Below are positions 15,915 to 25,590 of a stretch of DNA of 40,385 nucleotides, piece after piece. This DNA comes from a virus (taxonomy: Duplodnaviria; Caudoviricetes), in the IMG/VR virus record IMGVR_UViG_3300032227_000978, positions 1-40,385 of that record; one strand, 5' to 3'. Below the pieces are notes generated by a model, which was not told the origin of the DNA, ran no database searches, and saw only the letters and a list, made by a program, of their open reading frames with translations. A program made the translations under genes and the position numbers. Position 1 is the first letter of the stretch, and every line of letters starts with the position of its first letter.

Positions 15915-18625
15915 GTTATGTAGATGCTATCTTAGACAGAGATTCAGATAGAATTTTTGTCGTAGAACGAACTCCCGAAGGTAAACGTACTTATCGTGAG
16001 TTTCCTACTAACTATACTATGTATTTTACCGATCCAAAAGGTAAACATCGTAGTATTTATGGAGATCCTGTTAGCAAATTTTCAACTCGCAAACGTGCCG
16101 AGTTTGAAAAAGAACGTAGAATTCATTCAGGTAAAAAACTGTTCGAAAGTGACGTTAATGTCTTATTTAGGTGCTTAAGTGAAAACTACTTAAAAGTAGA
16201 TGCACCTAAACTTCATACATGCTTTTTTGACATTGAGGTTGATTTCGATCCTGAAAAGGGATTTAGTCCCACAAGCGACCCATTCAACCCAGTAACAGCT
16301 ATTAGTTGTTATTTAGATTGGCTTGATAAATGCTTTACACTGGTCATTGCTCCCAAACATATGACTGAAGAAACGGCACAAGAAATTGTAGGAGAATTTG
16401 ATAACACTATTCTATTTAAAAACGAAAAGGATATGTTTGATGTTTTCTTTCAACTGATTGAAGATGCTGATGTACTAACTGGTTGGAACTCTGAGGGATA
16501 TGATATACCTTACATGGTCAATCGTGTTACTAGGGTCATGAGTAAGGATGATACACGCAAGTTTTGCTTGATGGGTCAACTTCCCAAGCCACGTGAATAT
16601 GAAAGATTTGGTAAAAGTGAAACGACCTATGACTTGGTCGGTCGCGTTCATATGGACTATCTACAATTATATAAAAAGTATAACTATGAAAGTAGACATA
16701 GCTATAAGCTAGACTCTATCGGTGAGATGGAAGTAGGTGAAAACAAAACGCAATATGAAGGTACTCTTGACCAATTGTACAATAAAGACTTTAAACGCTT
16801 TATTGAATATAACAGGCAAGATACAATGTTGTTGGTTAAGATTCACAACAAGTTAAAATTCTTAGAATTGGCAAATCAACTGGCGCATGAGAACACTGTA
16901 TTGCTTCCAACAGTAATGGGTTCTGTGGCGATGATTGAAATGGCAATTATGAATGAAGCCCACGAACGTGGATTAGTTGTTCCTGATAAAAAACGAAAGG
17001 TTGAAAATGCAGAAGATGTCCAACAAGCGGCAGGTGCCTATGTTGCTACTCCCAAAAGAGGTATTCACGAATGGGTTGGGGCGGTCGATATCAACTCGCT
17101 CTACCCCTCAGCTATCCGCGCTCTTAACATGGCCCCAGAAACCATTGTCGCACAGGTCAGACAAACACTTACTGACCAATACATGTATGAAAAAGGTCGT
17201 CGGTTAGCCACTGAAAAGAAACGATACAAAGAAGGCGATGATGACGTAACAGGTAGTATTCTTTGGGAAAACTTGTTTGGCTCTCTGGAATATACTGCTG
17301 TTATGAATCAAGAACGTGGCACTATGCTTACACTAGACTATGAAGATGGTCGTAGTGTAGAAATGAGTGCGGCAGAAATATGGAAGTTGGTATTTGATAG
17401 CCATAAGCCATATATCATTAGCGCAAATGGTACTATCTATACTTACGAAAAAGAGGGCGTTATTCCAGGTCTACTCTCACGTTGGTACAGTGATCGTAAG
17501 GTCATGCAGAAAAAACTCAAAGAATCAACTACCGACGAAGACCGAGAGTATTGGGATAAACGTCAATTGGTTCGTAAGATTTTGCTAAACTCTGCATATG
17601 GCGCACTGCTTAATGAACATTGTCGTTTCTATGATAAGCGTATTGGTCAAAGTGTTACTCTAAGCGGTCGCCAAATTGTTCGTCATATGATGAGTACTAT
17701 CAATGAATTAGTTGAAGGTACTTATTCTCATGAGGGCAGTGCAATTGTATATGGCGATACCGATAGTTGTTATTTCACAGCATATCCTATGCTCAAAGAA
17801 CAAATTGCCAAAGGTGAGCTGGATTGGAATAAAGAAATGTGTATTAGCTTGTATGATAGCATAGCGGATCAAGCTAATGATTCGTTTCCATCTTTCATGG
17901 AACGTGCGTTTCATGCTCCAAGAAAGAACGGAGAAATCATCAAAGCTGGTCGTGAATTGATTGGTGATCGTAGTTTGTTTATCACTAAGAAACGATACGC
18001 TATCAATATCTTTGACAAAGAAGGTAAACGTAAAGACATTAATGGTAAAACAGGTGATATCAAAGCCATGGGGCTTGATTTAAAACGTGCTGATACTCCT
18101 AAATATATACAAGAATTCTTAATGGATATTCTTAAGCAAGTGCTTGCCGGTGAGCAAAGAGATCAGATTATTGAATTAATTAAACAGTTCAAGCGTCAGT
18201 TATCAGCACAGGACAGTTGGACTAAAGGATCGCCCAAGTCAGTTAATAAACTTACTATGTATGGCGACTTAGAAGCAAAAAGCAAGGTTGGTAAAGCTAA
18301 CATGCCGGGTCATGTTAGAGCCGCTCTTAATTATAACTATTTGCGTAAAGTAAACAGTGATAATTATTCAATGAAAATTGTAGATGGCATGAAAGTGGTA
18401 GTGTGTAAACTTAAACAAAATCCACTGGGGTTTACTTCAGTAGCATATCCAACAGATGAGTTGAGGTTGCCGGCATGGTTTTGTGAACTTCCATTTGATG
18501 ACGCTGAAATGGAAAGAACTCTAGTAGATGAAAAGATTGAAAATTTATTAGGTGTATTGGATTGGAATCTGCGTAGCGATACTAATACCACAACAACATT
18601 TGATGATTTATTTTCTTTTGGTTAA
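15911..18625 (+). CDS. polB: Family B DNA polymerase
   Basis: Exonuclease motifs FDIE, GWNSEGYD and YNRQD; polymerase motifs DINSLYPS, KILLNSAYG, YGDTDS and KKRYA. Confidence 0.97.
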   Translation: MSYVDAILDRDSDRIFVVERTPEGKRTYREFPTNYTMYFTDPKGKHRSIYGDPVSKFSTRKRAEFEKERRIHSGKKLFESDVNVLFRCLSENYLKVDAPKLHTCFFDIEVDFDPEKGFSPTSDPFNPVTAISCYLDWLDKCFTLVIAPKHMTEETAQEIVGEFDNTILFKNEKDMFDVFFQLIEDADVLTGWNSEGYDIPYMVNRVTRVMSKDDTRKFCLMGQLPKPREYERFGKSETTYDLVGRVHMDYLQLYKKYNYESRHSYKLDSIGEMEVGENKTQYEGTLDQLYNKDFKRFIEYNRQDTMLLVKIHNKLKFLELANQLAHENTVLLPTVMGSVAMIEMAIMNEAHERGLVVPDKKRKVENAEDVQQAAGAYVATPKRGIHEWVGAVDINSLYPSAIRALNMAPETIVAQVRQTLTDQYMYEKGRRLATEKKRYKEGDDDVTGSILWENLFGSLEYTAVMNQERGTMLTLDYEDGRSVEMSAAEIWKLVFDSHKPYIISANGTIYTYEKEGVIPGLLSRWYSDRKVMQKKLKESTTDEDREYWDKRQLVRKILLNSAYGALLNEHCRFYDKRIGQSVTLSGRQIVRHMMSTINELVEGTYSHEGSAIVYGDTDSCYFTAYPMLKEQIAKGELDWNKEMCISLYDSIADQANDSFPSFMERAFHAPRKNGEIIKAGRELIGDRSLFITKKRYAINIFDKEGKRKDINGKTGDIKAMGLDLKRADTPKYIQEFLMDILKQVLAGEQRDQIIELIKQFKRQLSAQDSWTKGSPKSVNKLTMYGDLEAKSKVGKANMPGHVRAALNYNYLRKVNSDNYSMKIVDGMKVVVCKLKQNPLGFTSVAYPTDELRLPAWFCELPFDDAEMERTLVDEKIENLLGVLDWNLRSDTNTTTTFDDLFSFG

Positions 18626-18632
18626 ATTGATG

Positions 18633-18661
18633 TTGCATTTCGCAATAAATTCCACTATAAT
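18633..18661 (+). promoter_or_regulatory. Sigma70-type promoter
   Basis: TTGCAT-17 nt-TATAAT in the intergenic gap. Confidence 0.6.
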
Positions 18662-18702
18662 ATGTACTATCGAAACCTAAATAACAGATATAAAGGAAAA
18701 AT

Positions 18703-19434
18703 ATGAAAGATAATTTAAAAGACTTGATTCAATATACACATGGATTAGGGTGTATTGACCTTATCAAAATCACAGGTACTGATACTGAAACACAGATTAA
18801 TGCTGTTGCCGAAGACAAAAGCGTTATTGTTAATGGAAAGTTTAATAGTCCCTCTGCTGATTTTATTGGTACATTTGGGATGCCTAATCTCAACAAACTC
18901 AAAACTATTCTTAGTTTTGATGACTATGATGAACGTGCCGTAATTAATGTCACTAGACAAAATAAAAACGGAGAAGATGTGCCAGTTGGCATTCACTTCG
19001 AAACAAAAGTGGGTGACTTTGTTAATGATTATCGTTTGATGGCTAAGGCTGTGATCGAAGAAAAAGTAAAGCCCCCAACATTCAAAGGTGCTCAATGGAA
19101 CGTAGAGTTTGAACCTACTGTTGCAGGTATCTTGCGTTTGAAAAAACAAGCACAGGCTAATAGCGAAGAACAAAATTTCGTTACTAAAACTGACAATGGT
19201 GATCTTAAGATTTACTTTGGTGATCCATCAACTCACTCAGGTAACTTTGTTTTTCAGCTAGATATTACTGGTACATTAAGTCGTCAATGGCAGTGGCCCG
19301 TTAAAGTTTTCTTAGCACTCATGGATCTTCCCGGTGACAAAATCGTTCGTATTTCTGATCAAGGTGTTGCTGAAATTACGGTTGACAGTGGACTCGCTAC
19401 ATATCAATATCTTCTGCCTGCTCAAGTAAAATGA
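18703..19434 (+). CDS. Probable DNA sliding clamp (gp45/PCNA-like)
   Basis: 243 aa two-domain size, alternating strand/helix pattern, C-terminal YQYLLPA, immediately downstream of polB. Inferred from pattern and synteny. Confidence 0.55.
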   Translation: MKDNLKDLIQYTHGLGCIDLIKITGTDTETQINAVAEDKSVIVNGKFNSPSADFIGTFGMPNLNKLKTILSFDDYDERAVINVTRQNKNGEDVPVGIHFETKVGDFVNDYRLMAKAVIEEKVKPPTFKGAQWNVEFEPTVAGILRLKKQAQANSEEQNFVTKTDNGDLKIYFGDPSTHSGNFVFQLDITGTLSRQWQWPVKVFLALMDLPGDKIVRISDQGVAEITVDSGLATYQYLLPAQVK

Positions 19435-19763
19435 TTAAAATTAATCATTCAGGTAGTATGCCATTTTTTCAAAATGATACTTCATATAATTTACCAAGTG
19501 TTACCGGGTCTGTTCAATGGAACGGCATGAGTAAAAAATTTCAGGTAAGTAATGGCACTGGTTGGATAGATATTGAAAATTCAATAAATTTAAATGCTGA
19601 CCATGATTATCTGATGATCTTGAGATGGGCTAGAGAAAAAATGCATGAAGAACACGAACTAGAAAAGCTAGCAAAAGAAAATACTACTCTTAAAGATTTA
19701 GTTGACCAACTCAACTACACTAAAGAGCAGATTAAAGTGGTTACTACGCTCTTAAAAGCATAA
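19431..19763 (+). CDS. Hypothetical protein
   Basis: Translationally coupled on both sides; C-terminal coiled-coil character. Confidence 0.65.
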   Translation: MIKINHSGSMPFFQNDTSYNLPSVTGSVQWNGMSKKFQVSNGTGWIDIENSINLNADHDYLMILRWAREKMHEEHELEKLAKENTTLKDLVDQLNYTKEQIKVVTTLLKA

Positions 19764-21310
19764 TGGAACAAGTAAATCTATCAGCCGCACACGATCCCAA
19801 TTGGGCACTATTCTTACCAGCAGTTAGTAGTTTCTACATTGCTGGCTTGGGTAAACAGCGCAATGGTGAAGAATATTTTGACGCTGCAAGAATCCCACAA
19901 GGGTTTGGCGGTGATGTAGAAAAACTAAACTTTCTTAATAGTAAAGAAGGACTGTACTACTATAAGTGGGGACTTTACTCTGCTGGTCACGCTAATTTGG
20001 ATACTACTAAAGTTGACTTCAACGAAAGTATTATCCGTGACCGCGAAGCAGATACTTTCATGCTAGGTGATTCAGGTGGTTTTCAAATTCTTAAAGGTCA
20101 ATGGCCCGCAGATTGGAAAGATCCCAACTGTCCCAAAGCAATGATTAAGCGTAAAGCAGTTCTAAATTGGATGGACACATACATGGACTATGGAATGTGT
20201 CTTGATATTCCTTCGCAATCTCTACGCACATTTCATTTAAAAGACCCAAAGACTGGCAAATCACTGCATGGTATCAGTACCATTCAAGAGGCTATTGATG
20301 CTACTCATATCAATAACAAATACTTTATTGAGAACCGTAATGGTAACTGCAAGTTTTTAAATGTTCTACAGGGTCTTACACATACTCAAAGTGATCAATG
20401 GTATGAAGAGATGAAAAAGTACTGTGATTCAAATATCTATCCTGAAAATCATTTCAATGGTTGGGCATTTGGCGGACAAACTAAGATCGATATTCATCTT
20501 ACACTTAAACGAATCGTGGGTATTATCCATGATGGTCTTTTACAAGAAGGTAAACATGATTTGATTCATTGTTTGGGCACAAGTATCTTAGAATATGCTG
20601 TACTTTTTTCAGATATCCAACGAGCGGTTCGTAAATATCATAATCCAAAACTACAGATTACTTTTGACTGCGCTAGTCCATTTTTCAGTGCGGCTAAAGG
20701 ACTAGCATATTTCAATACCAGTATTGAGCATAATAAGAAATGGTCCTATAGCATGGAAAAAACCGCAGAGAAAAAATCTTATGCTACAGACAATCGTAAA
20801 TTCCGTGACGGTGTATTACAAGATGGTGTCCATAAACTGTTTACAGATAGTCCAGTAACTGATAGAATGATGATTAAGGACTTGTGCTACAGAGGTCAAG
20901 GGTTCGTCGGTCAACATGGTAAAGAAACAAAAACTAGTTGGGACACACTAAGTTACACTCTACTTCAAAGTCACAATGTATATCAGCATATCTATGCGGT
21001 ACAAGAGGCTAATCGTAGATATGAGCAAGGTATCATTCCAAAGATGATTATGAATGAAACATTTGAGCGTATTCGTTTTAGTGAAATTGTAGATGAAATT
21101 TTCTCTATCAAAGACCGTCAAAAAAGTTTGGACTTGATAGATCATCATAGTAGATTTTGGATGCAAATGCAAAGTGGTAGTCAAGGATTTAGTGGTAAGA
21201 AAACAGTAAATGCCATGACTATGTTTGATCAATTATTCGCTACAGAGGAACCCGAAGAAGAAACAATTGAAGACAGTGATGATATGATGAATGAAATATT
21301 GGAGAATTAA
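19763..21310 (+). CDS. dpdA: TGT-fold guanine transglycosylase, DpdA-like (7-deazaguanine insertion into DNA)
   Basis: TGT motifs in order: DSGGFQ, LDIP, VLQG, GWAFGG, IHCLG, FDC, SHNV. No CxCxxC zinc site. Clustered with folE/queD/queE and replication genes. Confidence 0.75.
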   Translation: MEQVNLSAAHDPNWALFLPAVSSFYIAGLGKQRNGEEYFDAARIPQGFGGDVEKLNFLNSKEGLYYYKWGLYSAGHANLDTTKVDFNESIIRDREADTFMLGDSGGFQILKGQWPADWKDPNCPKAMIKRKAVLNWMDTYMDYGMCLDIPSQSLRTFHLKDPKTGKSLHGISTIQEAIDATHINNKYFIENRNGNCKFLNVLQGLTHTQSDQWYEEMKKYCDSNIYPENHFNGWAFGGQTKIDIHLTLKRIVGIIHDGLLQEGKHDLIHCLGTSILEYAVLFSDIQRAVRKYHNPKLQITFDCASPFFSAAKGLAYFNTSIEHNKKWSYSMEKTAEKKSYATDNRKFRDGVLQDGVHKLFTDSPVTDRMMIKDLCYRGQGFVGQHGKETKTSWDTLSYTLLQSHNVYQHIYAVQEANRRYEQGIIPKMIMNETFERIRFSEIVDEIFSIKDRQKSLDLIDHHSRFWMQMQSGSQGFSGKKTVNAMTMFDQLFATEEPEEETIEDSDDMMNEILEN

Positions 21311-21311
21311 T

Positions 21312-21524
21312 ATGCCATATAAATCTCAAATTAAAAATTTACAAGAAGCTTATCAAAAATTAGATACTGAAATTTTTTCATTGACAAAAAGTGAGAATAA
21401 AGACCAAGCAATGCTTCAAGACTTGATCGGTAAACGATCAAAAATTCAACTTGATATTAGAAAATTGCAGAAACTTCAATGGGAAGAAGAACATGACCGA
21501 GTCAATTTTGAGGATGACAGATAA
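21312..21524 (+). CDS. Small coiled-coil hypothetical protein
   Basis: GGAG RBS before the ATG at 21312; heptad pattern; TAATG coupling to the next gene. Confidence 0.65.
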   Translation: MPYKSQIKNLQEAYQKLDTEIFSLTKSENKDQAMLQDLIGKRSKIQLDIRKLQKLQWEEEHDRVNFEDDR

Positions 21525-21973
21525 TGGAACAAGCAGCACTCGCAAAACAAGAAAAGCGTAACCATATTAAAGAACAAGCTAAACGCATGATTTGGGTTAC
21601 TTTTCAAAAAGAAGGTATTCATTGTTATCCAGCGGCAGCAATTGATGCTGCTCTAGCAACAGGTGATGAATATGATGTAAGCTTTCTAGGAACTCCGCAT
21701 CGTCACATTTTTCATTTCAATGTGGCGATTCAAGTATTTCACAACGACAGGGATATTGAGTTTATTCAGTTTAAGCGATGGTTGGAAAACCTTTATCGTG
21801 GTACACTAGAATTGAACCATAAAAGTTGTGAAATGATTAGTGATGACTTATACTTAGCTATCGCTAATCGCTATCCCGACCGTGACATTAATATCACTGT
21901 ATCGGAAGATGGTGAGAACGGTGCCACAATTTATTACAACACAACCAAACCTTATCAACAACTTGCTATTTAA
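21524..21973 (+). CDS. dpdL: QueD-like T-fold protein, DpdL-like (putative CDG decarboxylase)
   Basis: LGTPHRHIF fits the LxxxHRHxF signature I recall for DpdL. Also DRDIEF, SCEM and VSEDGENG. A canonical QueD is encoded separately. Confidence 0.65.
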   Translation: MEQAALAKQEKRNHIKEQAKRMIWVTFQKEGIHCYPAAAIDAALATGDEYDVSFLGTPHRHIFHFNVAIQVFHNDRDIEFIQFKRWLENLYRGTLELNHKSCEMISDDLYLAIANRYPDRDINITVSEDGENGATIYYNTTKPYQQLAI

Positions 21974-21985
21974 AGGAAAAATATA

Positions 21986-22195
21986 ATGGCAAAATTCAAT
22001 TTTCAACCCAATAGCCGTGTACATGCAATTTTCGACGACCTCGAAAAGTATCGGGATTTTTGTGTAGAATATGGCTATCGTTTTAACGAAGCCGAACTCT
22101 ATAGCACTAAAAGCTATGTATATAGGCAATATACCAAACTCTTGCAGGGTAAAGCTGTCAAGAGTATGTGGGATGCTGATATGAAACCAACCTGA
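21986..22195 (+). CDS. Hypothetical protein
   Basis: AAGGA RBS; TGATG coupling to the glycosyltransferase. Confidence 0.65.
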   Translation: MAKFNFQPNSRVHAIFDDLEKYRDFCVEYGYRFNEAELYSTKSYVYRQYTKLLQGKAVKSMWDADMKPT

Positions 22196-23370
22196 TGCGT
22201 AAGCTATTTTACATGGGCTTGGAGCCCTATAAGGCTCGTTACACACTACAATTACAAGAGTGGAATGAACGTGTATTTAAACGGCGTAAGATTAATTATG
22301 TAATCGTACCTGGTGAAACACTAACTACTGACCAAGCCATCGTAACAGGTCAGGTCCTAGATGCACATGGTCGCACATACTTTGGTATGAGCCAACTAAT
22401 GAATCTAGTTAAAATGATGAAGGCAGGAGAATGTACCAATGAAGATATTATCTACTTTGAGGACATGTTTCAGCCGGGAATCGAGAGCTTACCTTATATT
22501 CTCAATCAAATCAACCCTGAGCATCGTCCTCGCATTTTTGTTCGCTGTCTTGCTCAGTCTATTGATCCAGATGATTTTGTTCATGTCTGGGGCATGTCAG
22601 AGTGGATGGGCCATTATGAAAAAATGGTTGACTCGTTCGTAGATGGTGTACTTGCTACTAACGAAGAAATGGTCATGCATATGAAGATAGCAGGTTGGAA
22701 GGCACCAATCTATAATATCTCGGGTCTTGCATTTGGTCTTGATGAAGTACAAAGCCGTGTTGAGCAAATTAAAAACTTCAACGATCGGCGTATGCGTGTG
22801 GTGTTCAGTTCACGATGGGATCAAGAAAAACAACCTGATTTTTATATGGATCTGATTGAAGCATATTATGCCTCACATCCAAATCACAATACTGAATTTG
22901 TTATCTGTAGTGGCGGTAATCTTAAGTCAAACAACCAATCTTACATGAGCAGGACTCGCAAGTTTGAAGAAAAGGGTTGGTTAACGGTTTACGAGAACTT
23001 AGAAAAAAATGCTTATTATAATATTCTTAATGATAGTCGGGTCGTCTTTAATTGCGCCCTTCAAGATTGGGTTTCCAACACAGTCAGTGAAGCAGATAGT
23101 CTTGGGTGTAATGTTTTATTCCCTGCTTATCGGTCTTTCCCTGAAACTTTTTCTAATGACCATACAAGACTTTATGTACCTTGGTCAATAGAAGATGCAC
23201 TAGCAAAACTAGAAAAATTGTTGGCCAAACCTCACAGTAATATTGGTAAGATTAGCAAGTATAATGATGGTACTATTGACCGTATTTGTGACATTTTACA
23301 AGGCAAAGGTCATAGTATGTTGAGAATGTCTACTGACTACAGGAAATATCTCAGAGAAAGTAAATATTGA
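22195..23370 (+). CDS. GT-B fold glycosyltransferase
   Basis: SSRWDQEKQP and ALQDWVSNTVSEADSLGC match the nucleotide-sugar-binding motifs of retaining GT4-like enzymes (D/E-x7-E). Confidence 0.75.
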   Translation: MRKLFYMGLEPYKARYTLQLQEWNERVFKRRKINYVIVPGETLTTDQAIVTGQVLDAHGRTYFGMSQLMNLVKMMKAGECTNEDIIYFEDMFQPGIESLPYILNQINPEHRPRIFVRCLAQSIDPDDFVHVWGMSEWMGHYEKMVDSFVDGVLATNEEMVMHMKIAGWKAPIYNISGLAFGLDEVQSRVEQIKNFNDRRMRVVFSSRWDQEKQPDFYMDLIEAYYASHPNHNTEFVICSGGNLKSNNQSYMSRTRKFEEKGWLTVYENLEKNAYYNILNDSRVVFNCALQDWVSNTVSEADSLGCNVLFPAYRSFPETFSNDHTRLYVPWSIEDALAKLEKLLAKPHSNIGKISKYNDGTIDRICDILQGKGHSMLRMSTDYRKYLRESKY

Positions 23371-23440
23371 TAAATACTAATGTCACACAACGGTGACAAA
23401 ATGTCAAAACAAAACCATCACAACGGAGGGTTATCAAATG
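23369..23440 (+). promoter_or_regulatory. folE leader: GATAAATA promoter candidate plus two hairpins with identical ACAACG loops
   Basis: TGTCAC-ACAACG-GTGACA at 23381-23398 and AACCATC-ACAACG-GAGGGTT at 23413-23432. The second hairpin contains the GGAGG RBS. Confidence 0.6.
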
Positions 23441-24112
23441 AGTTTTAATAAAACTAAAACAAGTCCTGAACTAGGACTAAGAGTACATGAACATCTAGTA
23501 AAGATGGGAGTTGAAACTCCTACTATTGCAAACGGTATTGATCGTAAAGAAAAGATTGATAAAATTGAGCATCATTTTCGTGAGATTATGAGTACTCTTG
23601 GATTGGATCTAACTGATGACAGTCTAATAGAAACACCCAATCGTGTTGCAAAAATGTATGTACAAGAAATATTTTGGGGACTTGATTATGAAGCATTCCC
23701 AAAATGTACTACAGTAGACAACAAAATGCATTACGATGAAATGGTAGTTGAACGCAATATCAATGTTCAAAGTAACTGTGAACATCATTTTGTGGTTATT
23801 GATGGATTAGCGACCGTAGCTTATGTACCAAAAAGAAAGGTATTGGGTCTTAGTAAAATTAATCGTATTGTAGAATACTTTAGTAAGAGACCACAAATTC
23901 AAGAAAGGTTGACTGAACAGATTTTCTATGCATTACAATTTATCCTTGAAACAAATGATGTTGCGGTTATGATTGATGCTAGACATTATTGTGTGGTATC
24001 AAGGGGAGTTGAGGATACCGGTAGTAGTACTGTTACTACTAGGCTTGGTGGCGGATTCAAATCTGATCCTGAAGTTCGTAATGAATTCTATCAGATTGCA
24101 AGGATGCGATAA
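23438..24112 (+). CDS. folE: GTP cyclohydrolase I
   Basis: ETPNRVAKMY, SNCEHHF, GLSKINRIV, RPQIQERLT and HYCVVSRG. Start placed after GGAGG. Confidence 0.96.
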   Translation: MSFNKTKTSPELGLRVHEHLVKMGVETPTIANGIDRKEKIDKIEHHFREIMSTLGLDLTDDSLIETPNRVAKMYVQEIFWGLDYEAFPKCTTVDNKMHYDEMVVERNINVQSNCEHHFVVIDGLATVAYVPKRKVLGLSKINRIVEYFSKRPQIQERLTEQIFYALQFILETNDVAVMIDARHYCVVSRGVEDTGSSTVTTRLGGGFKSDPEVRNEFYQIARMR

Positions 24113-24237
24113 TGTTGATAATGTTGACATTAGCTGTAATTCTTGCTATAATATATTTTTCAATCTTTAAAACTCCATCTAATCTCAATTGCAATGGAAA
24201 TTGCAATCAAGGTAGAAACTGTACATGTAAGGTATAA
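24112..24237 (+). CDS. 41 aa membrane microprotein with Cys-rich tail (not in ORF track)
   Basis: TAATG coupling to folE; MLIMLTLAVILAIIYFSIF hydrophobic helix followed by CNGNCNQGRNCTC. Confidence 0.6.
   Translation: MLIMLTLAVILAIIYFSIFKTPSNLNCNGNCNQGRNCTCKV
24124..24152 (+). promoter_or_regulatory. Perfect-consensus sigma70 promoter
   Basis: TTGACA-17 nt-TATAAT with extended -10 TG. Confidence 0.75.
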
Positions 24238-24239
24238 AG

Positions 24240-24476
24240 ATGGGCTTTAAAAAACCATTAGATTTAAATATGGTCTGTCATCAAATTAGACTAGCAGGAA
24301 GAGAGCTTCGTAGTCTATACAACGACGGATTCACTCAATGGGAAATAAAAAAAGAGTTATATCATATTAAATTTATGTTAGATGATATCATTGAAAGTTC
24401 CAGTAAGTTTACAGGTGAAGAAGAATTCTTAAAAGAAGAATCTCAAAACAGAGTGATTAATATTTTAAAAAGGTAA
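24240..24476 (+). CDS. Hypothetical protein
   Basis: AAGGT RBS; tightly packed in the operon. Confidence 0.65.
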   Translation: MGFKKPLDLNMVCHQIRLAGRELRSLYNDGFTQWEIKKELYHIKFMLDDIIESSSKFTGEEEFLKEESQNRVINILKR

Positions 24477-24480
24477 TAAA

Positions 24481-24687
24481 ATGAAAGAATTTACATTGAA
24501 AAAAGTAGCTGGCTATGAACTCAGAGTTAAAAGTAATAAATGTGTTAGTCCTAAAGATTTAAACCACATTGAATTTGTACAAGAAACAAAAAATAAAGAT
24601 GATGAAGTAGTTGATACTTCTACATATCAATTCTTTTTATCTAATGATGAAGTTAGCCTTCTTGTTAAAAGCTTGGCAACAATCTAA
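24481..24687 (+). CDS. Hypothetical protein
   Basis: AAGGT RBS; TAATG coupling to queD. Confidence 0.65.
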   Translation: MKEFTLKKVAGYELRVKSNKCVSPKDLNHIEFVQETKNKDDEVVDTSTYQFFLSNDEVSLLVKSLATI

Positions 24688-25232
24688 TGGCAAAGTTCTA
24701 TTCAACTAAAACATATGGTAATGATCGTGGATTAAGTTGCTGTTTTAGGCAATGGCGTGCTACGCATAGTCATTGTAGCACTCTACATGGTTATAGCATT
24801 GGGATCAAACTAGTATTTGAATGTGAAACACTAGATGACAAAAACTGGTGCATGGACTTTGGTGGTCTAAAAGAATTTAAAGCATGGGCAGACTATATGT
24901 TTGACCATACACTGGTTATTGCTCATGATGATCCTCATTTAGAATTTTTCAAGCAAATGGCATTAATCGATACCGATTGGACTTTACCCGAAACTGGTTT
25001 GGATGAAATGCAAGTTAATAGAGACAATTTTGAGCCGTACCAAAGAGGATCACTTTGTGACTTACGCATTGTAGAAGGTGTAGGTTGTGAAATGTTTGCT
25101 AAGTTATGTTATGACAAAATGGCCGAATTATTAGCTAGTGGTAACATGCGATATCCCATTAACCCTAATGTAAGAATTAAAAGTACCGAGGTTTTTGAGC
25201 ATGGAGCCAACTCAGCTACCTACGAGGGTTAG
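24687..25232 (+). CDS. queD: 6-carboxy-5,6,7,8-tetrahydropterin synthase
   Basis: CSTLHGY (CxxxHG), MDFG, FDH, GCE and C-terminal VFE; lies between folE and queE. Confidence 0.85.
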   Translation: MAKFYSTKTYGNDRGLSCCFRQWRATHSHCSTLHGYSIGIKLVFECETLDDKNWCMDFGGLKEFKAWADYMFDHTLVIAHDDPHLEFFKQMALIDTDWTLPETGLDEMQVNRDNFEPYQRGSLCDLRIVEGVGCEMFAKLCYDKMAELLASGNMRYPINPNVRIKSTEVFEHGANSATYEG

Positions 25233-25383
25233 AATTTGGAGATTATGGTCTAAAGCATTGGGCGAAAAGTCCGGTGCCACGGATCAGGAAAGTGACCTAA
25301 TAGCTTTGGTTAGAACCTGTATTGTGTTAACATATATAATTACAAATATGTTTATCATAGCAGGGATTATACGACATTGGTGA
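25201..25383 (+). CDS. Small membrane protein
   Basis: WRLWSKALGEK followed by a hydrophobic helix ending IIRHW. Start is uncertain and overlaps the queD end. Confidence 0.55.
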   Translation: MEPTQLPTRVRIWRLWSKALGEKSGATDQESDLIALVRTCIVLTYIITNMFIIAGIIRHW

Positions 25384-25401
25384 ATATCTTGGGAATTTTA
25401 A

Positions 25402-25590
25402 ATGAGTGATATCAGAGACCGTATGGCAGAATTAATGGAACCCATTGATCGACAAATAATGATGTGTGACAACAGAGAAGATGTGCTAATGTTAGCCTGT
25501 GCCATGCTAACTTCGGCAAGAGTTATATTTGATCAGGAACTAGGCAAGAAGGCACGAATACAACTATTCAAAGATTATACAAATGAATAA
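25402..25590 (+). CDS. Hypothetical protein
   Basis: ORF overlapping the queE start. Confidence 0.6.
   Translation: MSDIRDRMAELMEPIDRQIMMCDNREDVLMLACAMLTSARVIFDQELGKKARIQLFKDYTNE

Noticed and set aside
15911-18625. Intein or intron in the DNA polymerase
   Set aside because: The ORF is continuous at normal length, and the insert after DINSLYPS lacks intein terminal motifs.
23369-23440. Canonical preQ1 riboswitch
   Set aside because: Stem and loop sequences do not match the preQ1-I consensus as I know it; kept as an unknown element instead.
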